Part shown: in pieces, positions 36,261 to 48,457 of the stretch
Numbering within the stretch: position 1 is the first letter of the stretch
Layout of the letters: every line of letters starts with the position of its first letter
Assembly (NCBI GenBank): GCA_035627595.1
Contig: DASPLK010000002.1
Coordinates: forward strand, 160,481-224,480
Origin: Minisyncoccota bacterium
Lineage (GTDB): Bacteria; Patescibacteriota; Minisyncoccia; Phycocordibacterales; Phycocordibacteraceae
Direction of reading: 5' to 3'
DNA: 64,000 bases
Translations under genes and position numbers: made by a program
Notes under the pieces: model-generated
Told to the model about the DNA's origin: nothing
The model's input: only the letters and a program-made list of their open reading frames with translations
Databases searched by the model: none

Positions 36261-37151
36261 ATGCATTTTCCTCCCTTACGCCTCGCACTCCTGTCTATCC
36301 TCGTCCTTGCACTCATATTGGCAGCCTTTCTTGGATACCGCTGGTACATGACGAATCAGAATCTGAACGCGCAAGCTGCGCTGTTTGGATCTGAGCGCAC
36401 CGGCCTTCAGACGACGATCGCCGAGCTTGAACTTGGTCTTCGTGAGGCGTTTGCGAGCCGCGATGCGCTCTTGCGTGAGCTCCAAGCTGAGCGCGCCAAA
36501 ACTGGCGAGTTCGAGCGAACTCTAGATGGTATACAGGACACTGTCTCAACGCTCGAGAAACTTCAATATACGGATCCAGAGCTACTTGCCAAGTATTCCA
36601 AGGTCTACTTCTTGAGTGAGCACTACGCGCCGACCGATCTTGCGCGCATTCCAGACATGCACGTTGCTCCCGAGGGCCGCGTTCTTGAAGTGCACGCACG
36701 AGTGCTTCCGTACCTTGTGGAAATGTTTAAAGAGGCTGCTGAGGACGGCATCGAGCTACGCGCCGTATCGGCGTATAGGTCTTTCGGCACACAGGCAACG
36801 CTTAAATCAAACTACACGGTGGCATACGGAACTGGCGCAAACCGATTCTCAGCCGACCAGGGATACTCTGAGCACCAGCTAGGCACTACACTCGATCTCT
36901 CTACGAAAGAGCTCGGTACAGACTTTACTTCCATAGAGGGCACTGCTGCCTATACCTGGCTTACAGAGAATGCGCATCGATTTGGGTTCGTGCTCTCGTA
37001 TCCCAAGGACAACGCGTACTATCAGTACGAGCCATGGCACTGGCGCTACGTTGGCGAGCGTCTTGCACGTGACCTCCATGAGGAAGGTAGACATCTATAC
37101 GACCTGGACCAGAGGACACTAGACGAGTATCTCGTATACCTCTTCGATTAG
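36261..37151 (+). CDS. Membrane-anchored M15-family D-Ala-D-Ala carboxypeptidase (VanY-like).
   Basis: N-terminal TM helix and coiled coil, then AVSAYRSFGTQ, YSEHQLGTTLDL and EPWHWRYVG. Confidence 0.8.
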   Translation: MHFPPLRLALLSILVLALILAAFLGYRWYMTNQNLNAQAALFGSERTGLQTTIAELELGLREAFASRDALLRELQAERAKTGEFERTLDGIQDTVSTLEKLQYTDPELLAKYSKVYFLSEHYAPTDLARIPDMHVAPEGRVLEVHARVLPYLVEMFKEAAEDGIELRAVSAYRSFGTQATLKSNYTVAYGTGANRFSADQGYSEHQLGTTLDLSTKELGTDFTSIEGTAAYTWLTENAHRFGFVLSYPKDNAYYQYEPWHWRYVGERLARDLHEEGRHLYDLDQRTLDEYLVYLFD

Positions 37152-37153
37152 AA

Positions 37154-37185
37154 AAAGCGCCCGGATATCCGGGCGCTTTTTCGTT
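37154..37185. terminator. Bidirectional Rho-independent terminator between convergent genes.
   Basis: aaaaagcgcccgg-atat-ccgggcgcttttt. Confidence 0.7.
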
Positions 37186-37190
37186 TATGA

Positions 37191-37397
37191 CTACTGCCCT
37201 GCTCCACCTGCGCCGACATTAACGTCGACCTGCTCAGGCACGCTTATAGCAGGGGCGCCTCCGCCTCCTAGGTTACTGAGGGCGGGGATACCGAAAAGAA
37301 GCGCGAGGATAACGATAAGACCGATGATGACTGCGAGGCCCCATCCAGCGCCAGAGGAAGAGGAATCTGTGTTCGGGTTGTTTATGACAGTTGCCAT
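37191..37397 (-). CDS. Small Gly-rich secreted or membrane protein.
   Basis: 68-aa ORF with a hydrophobic core, supported by its ORF alone. Confidence 0.3.
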   Translation of the reverse strand: MATVINNPNTDSSSSGAGWGLAVIIGLIVILALLFGIPALSNLGGGGAPAISVPEQVDVNVGAGGAGQ

Positions 37398-37490
37398 ACG
37401 TATTACTGGTTGTGAGTGATAACAAGCATATTAAACGCTTGTAACGCTAAAGGCTTGGTGAAGTTCTGTAACGAAAAACGGCCGCTTTCT

Positions 37491-38684
37491 TTATGGAAGC
37501 ACTTTCCACATCTTGGAATCTGCTCCTCCGTCTATCTTGAATATTGCGACGCCCTTTATACCCAAGGATTCAGCAAGTTCCACCTTCTCCTCAATGGCGC
37601 CGGCATCGTGCCACCACATGACATTAACGACAGCTGGCTTTCCTGTTGCCTTGGCATGCGCCTTTGCCTGCTCGATAGGCAGTTCAGCCTTAGACACTCC
37701 TCTGTCAACTTTTGCCTTGGTTTTGTACGCTGCGGAATCCTTAGGGATGTACGCGAGACGCATCTCTCCATGTGCCGCACGTGCAGCTGTCGCCTTCATC
37801 TTTTTGGCGGTGTCTTTTGCGTAAACTGGGTTTAAAGACCAGAGCTTCTTGTACTCCATGTATCCACTAGGATGGACGGTAATCGCGTACTCATGGCCAT
37901 AGGTAGGAACACCCATAACGAGCTTATCGCGATCAATATCCTTAGCTGCCAGTTCCATCACCTTCTTAACCCACGCCTTGTCTGAAAGCGGTGCGTACGG
38001 CTTCGGGTTGGCGTCATTCAACTTCCAGTCTGCAGTCTGCTGGTCATACGCCATCATGCGCACTTGATCACAATACTTATTGATCTCTTTAAAATCGTTT
38101 GCGTATTCAATCGTCGCAGGCACGGTGCGGTATACAGAGTCTGGCGGTGTGCGCGCCTCAATGGTGCAGGAGAGCTCCTTATCACCAAGAGCAGCATCAA
38201 GCTCCTTTAGGAAGAGCGAGAAGTACGGACGGGTCGCTGCTGACTTATTTTCGTAATCGATATCTACACCATCGAAATCGCCATCCTCTGCCATTCTGGC
38301 GACATGCTCTACATGCCTTGCTCGAAGCGAAGGACTCATGAGGATGCGCTCGATATTCGCGCGGTCGCTCCACATAACGGTTGGAATAACCGCGACGTCC
38401 TTCTTCTCAGCATCCCTAAAGAGCTTCTTCCACGATGAGGAGGTGAGCTTAGCAGTATCTGCAAGAGAACCATCACTCTTAACGCTGTATGCGAAGGGGT
38501 TGATTTCGTCGAGTTTCGAGAGGTTCTTGGATGCTTCCTTGATACCCTTAGCGCTTGCCCAGTATGGTATCCAGCCAGAAACGGTAAGGTCAGCAGCCTC
38601 AACTTTCACAGGAGTAATACTGGTAATAAACAATGCAGCCAAAAAGACTGCCATAAGCGTTGTATTTCGGTAAAGAGCCTTCAT
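37491..38684 (-). CDS. Secreted glycoside hydrolase family 18-like protein.
   Basis: Signal peptide; DFDGVDIDYEN is a DxxDxDxE GH18 catalytic motif. Confidence 0.7.
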   Translation of the reverse strand: MKALYRNTTLMAVFLAALFITSITPVKVEAADLTVSGWIPYWASAKGIKEASKNLSKLDEINPFAYSVKSDGSLADTAKLTSSSWKKLFRDAEKKDVAVIPTVMWSDRANIERILMSPSLRARHVEHVARMAEDGDFDGVDIDYENKSAATRPYFSLFLKELDAALGDKELSCTIEARTPPDSVYRTVPATIEYANDFKEINKYCDQVRMMAYDQQTADWKLNDANPKPYAPLSDKAWVKKVMELAAKDIDRDKLVMGVPTYGHEYAITVHPSGYMEYKKLWSLNPVYAKDTAKKMKATAARAAHGEMRLAYIPKDSAAYKTKAKVDRGVSKAELPIEQAKAHAKATGKPAVVNVMWWHDAGAIEEKVELAESLGIKGVAIFKIDGGADSKMWKVLP

Positions 38685-38724
38685 ATGTATGTAGTCTACT
38701 AAACTTCATCTTATGCCCCAATAG

Positions 38725-38760
38725 AAACATGAAGCCCCCGTTTCCGGGGGCTTCATGTTT
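38725..38760 (-). terminator. Terminator hairpin downstream of the 3D-domain gene.
   Basis: aaacatgaagcccccg-tttc-cgggggcttcatgttt is a perfect 16-bp stem. Confidence 0.55.
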
Positions 38761-38764
38761 GACG

Positions 38765-39412
38765 CTAAATGCGGGCAAGCTCAGTATTACCTTCAATGAG
38801 GTTAACCAGTTCGGCCTGGGTCTTGGGAACATTCTTTATGTCCACCTTACCCACAACCTTCACGGTTACCTGGTCGCAAGCGCCAAGCGCAATGCCTGGA
38901 TTCACCATACGACCGCCATCTACGGCGACGGTCTTGCCGGCTGGCATGAGAACGTCGACGTGGTTAACGATTCGAGCGTTCATAGTGTCTGCGATAACGC
39001 GATACCCGATAAGGTCCTCCACTTTGCTGTAACCACAGCGCGGGGTGTCCTTGGCGGTTCGCGAGATCGCGACGACCGTACCGAAAGGAAGTTTCGCGGC
39101 AAGGTCGCGGGACCGTGCGGCAACAACCTCGGGGTTGCTGTACGCACCGCTGGCGGTCGTAAACGGATCTGCATCCGTCTGGCCCGGGACAGCGTTGTAC
39201 GCGGTCATCTTCACTGTGTAGGTCTGCTTTGCTGGTTCAGGATTCCGTACTGCGACCTTTGCACTCGGAGCTGTAGGCAACGAGAGCGCGGTCGCCGTAC
39301 CCACCTCTTGGCTCGGCCCAGGGATTATCTGGTCGGCTTCGGTAGGAATCGGCGCAGCGACGCTACTGGATAAAACAAACGCCCCTATCAGGGCTATTGG
39401 AATTAAATGCAT
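38765..39412 (-). CDS. Secreted 3D-domain protein (MltA/YuiC-like lytic transglycosylase fold).
   Basis: Signal peptide; the C-terminus …GYRVIADTMNARIVNHVDVLMPAGKTVAVDGGRM… is a 3D-domain pattern. Confidence 0.65.
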   Translation of the reverse strand: MHLIPIALIGAFVLSSSVAAPIPTEADQIIPGPSQEVGTATALSLPTAPSAKVAVRNPEPAKQTYTVKMTAYNAVPGQTDADPFTTASGAYSNPEVVAARSRDLAAKLPFGTVVAISRTAKDTPRCGYSKVEDLIGYRVIADTMNARIVNHVDVLMPAGKTVAVDGGRMVNPGIALGACDQVTVKVVGKVDIKNVPKTQAELVNLIEGNTELARI

Positions 39413-39565
39413 AGTTGCGAATTAGCTTGCGCCTCTTCGCGAGAAGTATCTTAGCACGTCAAGCACTTACTTGTCAACCATTTTGATGGCTTATTTGCGT
39501 AGTCTAGTATATGAAAAACCTTGTAAATAGGCCATATTTTAATAAATATGAAGGACCTATGACGA

Positions 39566-42457
39566 CTAGGAAAACACTAGGTTTAAAATGCGTCCTGGGA
39601 CGTATACGACGCGGCTCGGGTCGCTACTTGCGAAAAGTTCTGCTACTGCAGGAATGGTGTGTGCGGCAGCGATCGCATCCTCCTCAGAAGCATCTTCCGG
39701 GAGCTGTATCTCTCCTTTTCGCTTTCCTGAAACTTGTACGATGACTGTCTTGAGCTCTCCCTTTAGCAGATCAAGATCTGCTTCTGGCCACGAGGTCATA
39801 TGGATGCTCCCCGCGCCCTTGGTAATACCGAAAAGGTGCTCAGCCAAGTGTGGCGCAAGTGGCGCAAGGAGAATAAGATACTGATGGAATACTGGGCGCG
39901 GCACCTCTGTGAGCGCTTCAAGATCCTTAAGAAAGACCATGAGCGCGGATATCGCGGTGTTGTATTTCATCCGCTCGAGATCGCTGCCCACTTTCTCGAT
40001 TGTTTTTGCAAGAGAGCGGCGAAGCTCCTCTGTTGCTTCCACATCCCGTACTCGTTCAGAAACGGTAACAATTCGGTCAAGGAAGCGGCGCATGCTATGC
40101 ACGCCGTCTAGATTCCATGGATAACTGCCCGGTTCATTGTAGGGACCGATGAACGAGAGATAGAGGCGGACAGCATCAGCTCCATAGCGCTCAACAAACT
40201 CATCGGGATTCACTACGTTGCCCTTTGATTTACTCATTTTCTGTCCGTCTGGACCGAGAATTATGCCCCGGTTGTTACGTTCATTGAATGGCTCATCGTG
40301 TGGCACGAGCGCAAGGTCATAGAGCGCCTTATGGAAGAAGCGAGAATACAATAAGTGCATTGTCGTATGCTCTGAGCCTCCTGAATAGCGATCTACGGGG
40401 AGCCACTGGCGCATAAGTCCTGCATCAGAGAAATCGTTCTCGTCCTTAGGATCAAGATATCGATAGAAATACCACGAGGAGTCGACGAACGTGTCGAGCG
40501 TGTCGTACTCAGGAGTCCACCCTTCTCCATACAAGCGCTCTACACGCTCCTTGAGCTCCTTAGAAGTTCGAAGCGGTGATCCATCGCTGCTCAATGAGAA
40601 GTCGACATCTGTCGGGAGCATCCACGGTAGATGATCAGGAGATACTGAGTGCGGTTTCCCATCCGGGTCGTAAACAACAGGAATAGGGCATCCCCAGTAC
40701 CGCTGGCGCGATACGAGCCAGTCTCGAAGACGGTAATTAGTCGTCCGCTCGCCGCCAATCGCTTCTACGATATCCCACTTCGCCTCTTCGCTATCTCGCC
40801 CGGAGAAAGCGCCAGAATCTATGAGAGCGCCGCTCTCCGTAAACGCGCTATCACCCTCGTGAATACGCTTCCAGAGGTAATCGAACTCAGCATGCTGCAT
40901 ATGGAGAGCCTCGATCTCCTCCTTAGTGCGCCAGACGACCTCATGTGTTGCTTCCTCCTCAGCCGCAACCTCAGTCCTCGCTTCACTCTTTAGAGAAAAG
41001 AGGAAGCAGCGATTTCGTGCCACACGGTTAACGCCCTTATGCGCCGCATAGAATTCACTCTGAGTTTGTCCAAGGTAACGTACGAGTTCAAGGTCTGTAT
41101 AGCCTGTCTCCTCCTTGATCTCCCGAAGCGCGGTCGCAAGTGCTTCCTCACCCTCGTCCATGCCGCCGGTTATAAACGTGACCCAAGGTTGTTCTTTCCA
41201 ATCAAGCGTAAGGTATCGGTTCGTCGCAGGGTTGTGCACGATCGAGAGGGTCACATCTCGCCCCACCTCCTCCTTACCCTCTTGTGGAGGGTTTGTATTG
41301 TCTGTAACGCGCGGTGCAACAACCTGGCGCACCGGCAGACCATGTAGCTTTGCAAATTCAAAGTCTCGCTCGTCATGCGCCGGCACAGCCATGACTGCTC
41401 CCGAGCCATAAGACCCGAGCACATAATCTGCTATGTAAACAGGAATTTCCTCTCCCGTTGCTGGATTGAGAGCCATGATGCCATCGATCCGCACGCCAGT
41501 TTTCTCCTTATTCTCTTGTCTCTCGCGCTCGGTCTTTCGTTTTGTTACCTCTACATACTTTGCAATCTCATCCTTATTGAAGGCAACATCATCATGCTCT
41601 GTGTCCCATATAGCGCGCACCCACTGATGCTCTGGTGCAAGAACGACATAGGTTGCGCCAAAGACCGTGTCAGGTCGCGTAGTAAATACAGTGATGCCTG
41701 CAGGCTTGCCATCCGGGTCGCGCCAATCGTTTTGCGTAGGGTCTTTCTTGAACGAAAGCGGGAAGGTAATCTTCGCTCCTTCGGACTTCCCGATCCATGC
41801 GCGCTGAGCATCCTTTATCTCTTCTCGCCATGGGAGCGGATCTAGATCCGCCAAAAGGCGCTCTGCGTAGTCAGTAATTCTCAAGAACCACTGGGTAAGG
41901 CGCCTTTCCTCTACCTCGGTGCCGCAGCGCTCACAGGCGCCGTCAATAACCTGCTCGTTGGCGAGGACGGTCTGGTCCTTTGGACACCACTTGACGGGCG
42001 CTTCCTTGCGTTCGGCAAGCCCGTGCTCGTAGAGTTTCAGGAAAAGCCACTGCGTCCACTTGTAGAATTCAGGGTCAGAGGTAGCGATCTCTTTAGACCA
42101 GTCGACTGCTGTGCCCATCGAACGTATCTGAGCACGCATGCGCTCCATGTTCTCGTATGTCCAGGTCTTCGGGTCAGCACCGCGCTTTATGGCCGCATTC
42201 TCGGCAGGAAGACCAAAGGAATCGAAGCCAATCGGGAAAAGCACATCCTTGCCCTCCAGGCGCTTGTAGCGAGCGAATATGTCCGTAAGCGCAAAGGCGT
42301 ACCAATGACCTATGTGGAGGTCGCCCGAAGGATATGGGAACTCAAAGAGAACATAGTACGGATCCTTAGCCGCATGCAAATCGGCTTCGTACAGTCGAAG
42401 GGATTCCCATTTCTCCTGGGCCTGTGCCTCTACCTGCTTGTGGTCGTAGCCCGCCAT
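39566..42457 (-). CDS. leuS: Leucyl-tRNA synthetase carrying an inserted NUDIX-fold domain (about residues 383-540).
   Basis: HIGH at residues 47-50, CP1 editing motifs TTRPDTVFGATY…GSGAVMAVPAHDERDFEFA, YRLRDWLVSRQRYWG and KMSKS. Between EFAKLHGL and ALIDSGAFSG lies a roughly 150-aa insert with a perfect Nudix box GGMDEGEEALATALREIKEETGY. Confidence 0.93.
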   Translation of the reverse strand: MAGYDHKQVEAQAQEKWESLRLYEADLHAAKDPYYVLFEFPYPSGDLHIGHWYAFALTDIFARYKRLEGKDVLFPIGFDSFGLPAENAAIKRGADPKTWTYENMERMRAQIRSMGTAVDWSKEIATSDPEFYKWTQWLFLKLYEHGLAERKEAPVKWCPKDQTVLANEQVIDGACERCGTEVEERRLTQWFLRITDYAERLLADLDPLPWREEIKDAQRAWIGKSEGAKITFPLSFKKDPTQNDWRDPDGKPAGITVFTTRPDTVFGATYVVLAPEHQWVRAIWDTEHDDVAFNKDEIAKYVEVTKRKTERERQENKEKTGVRIDGIMALNPATGEEIPVYIADYVLGSYGSGAVMAVPAHDERDFEFAKLHGLPVRQVVAPRVTDNTNPPQEGKEEVGRDVTLSIVHNPATNRYLTLDWKEQPWVTFITGGMDEGEEALATALREIKEETGYTDLELVRYLGQTQSEFYAAHKGVNRVARNRCFLFSLKSEARTEVAAEEEATHEVVWRTKEEIEALHMQHAEFDYLWKRIHEGDSAFTESGALIDSGAFSGRDSEEAKWDIVEAIGGERTTNYRLRDWLVSRQRYWGCPIPVVYDPDGKPHSVSPDHLPWMLPTDVDFSLSSDGSPLRTSKELKERVERLYGEGWTPEYDTLDTFVDSSWYFYRYLDPKDENDFSDAGLMRQWLPVDRYSGGSEHTTMHLLYSRFFHKALYDLALVPHDEPFNERNNRGIILGPDGQKMSKSKGNVVNPDEFVERYGADAVRLYLSFIGPYNEPGSYPWNLDGVHSMRRFLDRIVTVSERVRDVEATEELRRSLAKTIEKVGSDLERMKYNTAISALMVFLKDLEALTEVPRPVFHQYLILLAPLAPHLAEHLFGITKGAGSIHMTSWPEADLDLLKGELKTVIVQVSGKRKGEIQLPEDASEEDAIAAAHTIPAVAELFASSDPSRVVYVPGRILNLVFS

Positions 42458-42463
42458 AGGTCT

Positions 42464-43414
42464 CTAGAGTGGCTTAGCGTACGGAGGATAGAGCTCGGGA
42501 TCAATAGTGCGCTCAAAGCATACTTCGCCCGTACCATGTACCCAGTTGTCGCTTATGCCGCGGGATGGATAGGATGCATCCCGCATAGAGTACTCGCCCT
42601 GTCCCCGTGTATCTATCGAATCTCGCCTGAATGTTCCGCAAAGCACGAAAGACGTACCGCTAGTTACGCGGTATTCATATGAGGCACCAGTTTCAGGATC
42701 AGCTGGGACGGTGAATCCGGAAATAGGATCACTAAGCTGGTCGATACTCTCAGGCAATTCCTGCTTCTGCTGGTAGTAGTACACAAGCTGTCCTTGGATA
42801 GACTGCAGGTCCTGCACTTTCTGCGCATCAAGACGCTGGAGGCGCATATCAGTTGGAGTGCCGATAATGTAGAAGCCAGCAAGTACCACTAGGAAATTAA
42901 GCACGATCATTGCAATGGCAACCGCGTGCGCTTTCTTCTCATAGCGAAGCCAGTATCCCCAACGCTCAGCCAGGAAGTGGAGGAACAGCCCAATGCCGAC
43001 CAAGAGAACCGCAAGAACCTTAAGCGCGAAGCGGACGGTTACTTCCCCGCCAAGGAATGTTGTAACCAAGGTGACCAAGTCGATGGCAACTACGAACCCT
43101 GCAAGGAAAAGCGTGAGCACAATAGCCCACCTTCTAACCCAGATGTGCTCCTTGCCCGGCTCCCTACGAATGCTATTTCTGACGAGATACACGAGGAGCG
43201 TCGTAAGCGGCACAAACACGATCAGAGTCGCCATAGAGACATGCGCTCCTGATGCTAGCGGATCGGCATACCCGGCGAGCTGGTCCGGAAAACTCCGGTT
43301 AATGTATTCAAACAAAAGTGCCAACAGCGCTATGACGCTTCCGTAAACGCCGATAATGATGCCGAGCCAGAGAAAGAAATCTTTGGCCGTTACTGGTGTG
43401 CGTACTGGTTCCAT
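42464..43414 (-). CDS. Hypothetical polytopic membrane protein with a C-terminal extracytoplasmic domain.
   Basis: 316-aa ORF with multiple TM helices. Confidence 0.45.
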   Translation of the reverse strand: MEPVRTPVTAKDFFLWLGIIIGVYGSVIALLALLFEYINRSFPDQLAGYADPLASGAHVSMATLIVFVPLTTLLVYLVRNSIRREPGKEHIWVRRWAIVLTLFLAGFVVAIDLVTLVTTFLGGEVTVRFALKVLAVLLVGIGLFLHFLAERWGYWLRYEKKAHAVAIAMIVLNFLVVLAGFYIIGTPTDMRLQRLDAQKVQDLQSIQGQLVYYYQQKQELPESIDQLSDPISGFTVPADPETGASYEYRVTSGTSFVLCGTFRRDSIDTRGQGEYSMRDASYPSRGISDNWVHGTGEVCFERTIDPELYPPYAKPL

Positions 43415-43441
43415 ATGAATTTAGTATACCGCTTTGCCGGT

Positions 43442-44536
43442 CTAGGAATGGAGGAAGACCATCACATCGCCGTCAGCGACAATATAGGTCTTTCCCTCTG
43501 TCCTAATGTCTCCCTTGTCACGCGCAGCGCTCCAAGATCCGTCCTGTATGAGCTTATCCCAAGCAACAACTTCTGCTCGTATGAACTTATCCTTGAAATC
43601 TGTATGGATAGCAGCGCCAGCCTCAGGAGCACTGGCACCCTGAGCAATAGTCCATGCGCGCGTTTCCTTTGGACCGGTCGTGAAGAATGTAATGAGTCCA
43701 AGCGTCTCGTATGCGCCCTTGATGAGAGCATCGAGCCCATCTACCTGCACGCCAAGCTCCGAACGAAACATATCTTTGTCCTCATCCGCCACGTCGTTAA
43801 GCTCATGCTCGGTGACGGCATCTACCTCCACATAGTGTGAACCGAGTGATTCGATCAGATCGTACGCAGCCTGTGCGCGACCGTCGTTTGTTTCAGAAAT
43901 ATTATGCCCGCCACTCTTGCCGTTAAGCGCGTAGAGAATGGGCTTTAGGGTGAGGAGGTTGAGCGACTTAATGCGTTTGGTTTCCTCAGGCGTAAGTTCC
44001 GCCATACGCGCAAGCTTGCCTGCCAGAAGCACTTGCTCAACTTTCTGTAGTATCGCTTCCTCAGCAACTGCGTCCTTAAGTCCTGCGCGTATATCGCGTA
44101 CTAAACGCTCGCGGCGACTAGATACCTGCTGTTGGTCGGCAAGAATAAGCTCAAGGTTGATAACCTCAATATCCCGAACTGGATCGACTTCGCCATGCAC
44201 GTGGGTAACATCGGGATCATCGAAAAAGCGCACCATTTGAAGTATCGCGTCGACTTCGCGGATGTTGGAGAGGAATTGGTTGCCAAGACCCTCTCCTTCA
44301 GAGGCACCCTTAACCAGTCCTGCAATATCGACGAACTCGATGGCTGCCGGGACCACCTTCTCGCTGTTGGAAAGCTCTGCAAGCCTAGTAAGGCGCTCGT
44401 CAGGCACCCCAACGACGCCCACGGAAGGGTCTATGGTACAGAAGGGGTAGTTCTCTGCGGGGACCGCAGCCTTAGTAAGCGCATTAAATAGAGTAGACTT
44501 CCCGACGTTCGGGAGTCCGACGATGCCGATCTTCAT
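43442..44536 (-). CDS. ychF: Ribosome-binding ATPase YchF (Obg family).
   Basis: [21 protein letters not shown]… and a C-terminal TGS domain. Confidence 0.92.
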   Translation of the reverse strand: MKIGIVGLPNVGKSTLFNALTKAAVPAENYPFCTIDPSVGVVGVPDERLTRLAELSNSEKVVPAAIEFVDIAGLVKGASEGEGLGNQFLSNIREVDAILQMVRFFDDPDVTHVHGEVDPVRDIEVINLELILADQQQVSSRRERLVRDIRAGLKDAVAEEAILQKVEQVLLAGKLARMAELTPEETKRIKSLNLLTLKPILYALNGKSGGHNISETNDGRAQAAYDLIESLGSHYVEVDAVTEHELNDVADEDKDMFRSELGVQVDGLDALIKGAYETLGLITFFTTGPKETRAWTIAQGASAPEAGAAIHTDFKDKFIRAEVVAWDKLIQDGSWSAARDKGDIRTEGKTYIVADGDVMVFLHS

Positions 44537-44608
44537 AGTGATACCCTAACGGAGTACTGTCCAAAAAGCAAAGAGACCAGCTCCAATCTTTGACGAGAGA
44601 GTCACTCC

Positions 44609-44869
44609 ATGGCAGTATGCAGTCTGGTCAACCAAGGAGGGATTTTGACCATGCAACGGCAACTGCTCTTTTATACCGGCATTGGATTGGCTCTGGTATT
44701 GATGTTTATCGTACCAAGCCTGTTTTACATCCTCGCCGGCCGCGCGAATTTCGAATGGACGTTGTTTGGGCTCATATCCAGCAACATACCGTCAATCGCA
44801 GGCACCCTGATGATCGTGAGCCTGATCTTCTTCAGGACTTACATATTGGGGGCGCCCAGGAAGCACTAG
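44609..44869 (+). CDS. Small hypothetical membrane protein.
   Basis: 86-aa ORF with 2-3 TM helices, supported by its ORF alone. Confidence 0.25.
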   Translation: MAVCSLVNQGGILTMQRQLLFYTGIGLALVLMFIVPSLFYILAGRANFEWTLFGLISSNIPSIAGTLMIVSLIFFRTYILGAPRKH

Positions 44870-44950
44870 CTTCCGTAAAACGCCTCGTACCGCACTCGGT
44901 ACATATACACACACCTCGTATGGATACGAGGCGTTTTTAATTTATACGCA

Positions 44951-45523
44951 CTACATTCCTGCCCGAGCGAGTGATCGAATTTGCTTTATCCGAGTAGCCT
45001 TTGCCTTTTCGGAAAGATTCTCCGAATTTCCGATCTCTGTCATGCGGACCCTAAGACCAGAGAAACCTAAAGTAGCGTGCGATATCTCGTTTGTATGGTC
45101 TCCAAATAGAAGACGAATACTCCACGGGTGCATCTTTGACAGCGCAATTACGCGCGCGGTGCGCCCCTTCAATAGCTTGTCCCAACCACGCTTATCCGCA
45201 TGGAACTTAAATGCAAATCCCGGGAGCCACATGCGATCGAACATGCCCTTGACCAGAGCGGGCGTAGCGCTCCACCACACCGGATACACAAATACAAAAT
45301 GGTCGCACCAGCGAAGATTCTCCTGAATTTGCTTCAGATCCGGCTCAAGCTCTTGGATGGTGCGGTATCCCTTATGAAGAATAGGGTCGAATTGGAGGTC
45401 GCCAATATTCATACGGCGCACGTCATGTCCGACTGCCTTAGCGGTCTCCTCATACGCAGACGCGATCTCTCCGGATAGCGTTCCGGAATCTGGGTGCCCG
45501 AGAAGGATGAATATTTTCTTCAT
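44951..45523 (-). CDS. Flavodoxin-like NAD(P)H dehydrogenase (quinone) family protein (YwrO/MdaB-like).
   Basis: MKKIFILLGHPDSGTLSGEIASAYEE…FVFVYPVWWSATPALVKGMFDRM…. Confidence 0.7.
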   Translation of the reverse strand: MKKIFILLGHPDSGTLSGEIASAYEETAKAVGHDVRRMNIGDLQFDPILHKGYRTIQELEPDLKQIQENLRWCDHFVFVYPVWWSATPALVKGMFDRMWLPGFAFKFHADKRGWDKLLKGRTARVIALSKMHPWSIRLLFGDHTNEISHATLGFSGLRVRMTEIGNSENLSEKAKATRIKQIRSLARAGM

Positions 45524-45527
45524 GTGC

Positions 45528-45758
45528 CTAGCGCATCAAGTCCTGAAGTTCAGCGCGATACTTCTTCATGACCTCCATGGTCGCTTTCATCTGGTTCTCG
45601 CCACCCTTCTTAACCCTGCGATCAATCTCTTCGCCTATCTTCTTGAAGAGCTCAGGGTTCTTCTGTACCAGGTTCATTATCTGCTCCTGCTGCTCTTTGG
45701 GAACATCCTTCATTTTTGCGCGCATCACCTGGCGCAGTACGAAATCTTGAATTGCCAT
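45528..45758 (-). CDS. Small Lys/Glu/Met-rich hypothetical protein.
   Basis: The start is assumed at MAIQDF; function unknown. Confidence 0.3.
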   Translation of the reverse strand: MAIQDFVLRQVMRAKMKDVPKEQQEQIMNLVQKNPELFKKIGEEIDRRVKKGGENQMKATMEVMKKYRAELQDLMR

Positions 45759-45817
45759 ATGCTGGCAGTATAGCGTACGACACGCCAATTCCGAACGGCG
45801 AAGTTATGTGTAGTGCA

Positions 45818-45853
45818 AAAAGACACGCCCCGGAACAGCGTCCGGGGCGTGTC
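45818..45853 (-). terminator. Rho-independent terminator of the ATP synthase operon.
   Basis: The minus strand reads gacacgccccgga-cgctgt-tccggggcgtgtc followed by ttttt. Confidence 0.6.
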
Positions 45854-45875
45854 TGAAACTTTCTTCGCTAGGCTG

Positions 45876-46124
45876 CTACAGAAGTACCGTTGCTTGATTT
45901 GATGAAACCTCGGCAATTCCGGTGCCCGTCAGTGTTATCGCACGCTTCTCGCCGTCTGCTGCCTCGATGCGAATCTGCCCCTCTTTAAGCGGAGAAACGA
46001 AGGCTTCGTGATTAGCAAGCACGGTAAAGACACCCTCCGCACCAGGAAGCGTGACGGATATCGCCTCTCCATCGAAGAGGTTCTCTCCTACTTTCGCTAC
46101 GGTGAGATGGAAGGTCTTTGCCAT
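45876..46124 (-). CDS. atpC: F1 ATP synthase epsilon subunit (short form, beta-sandwich only).
   Basis: 82 aa, last gene of the operon, with an epsilon N-terminal domain pattern. Confidence 0.8.
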   Translation of the reverse strand: MAKTFHLTVAKVGENLFDGEAISVTLPGAEGVFTVLANHEAFVSPLKEGQIRIEAADGEKRAITLTGTGIAEVSSNQATVLL

Positions 46125-46125
46125 A

Positions 46126-48439
<2,314 letters not shown>

Positions 48440-48457
48440 AGAAGATGCGTGATGCCG

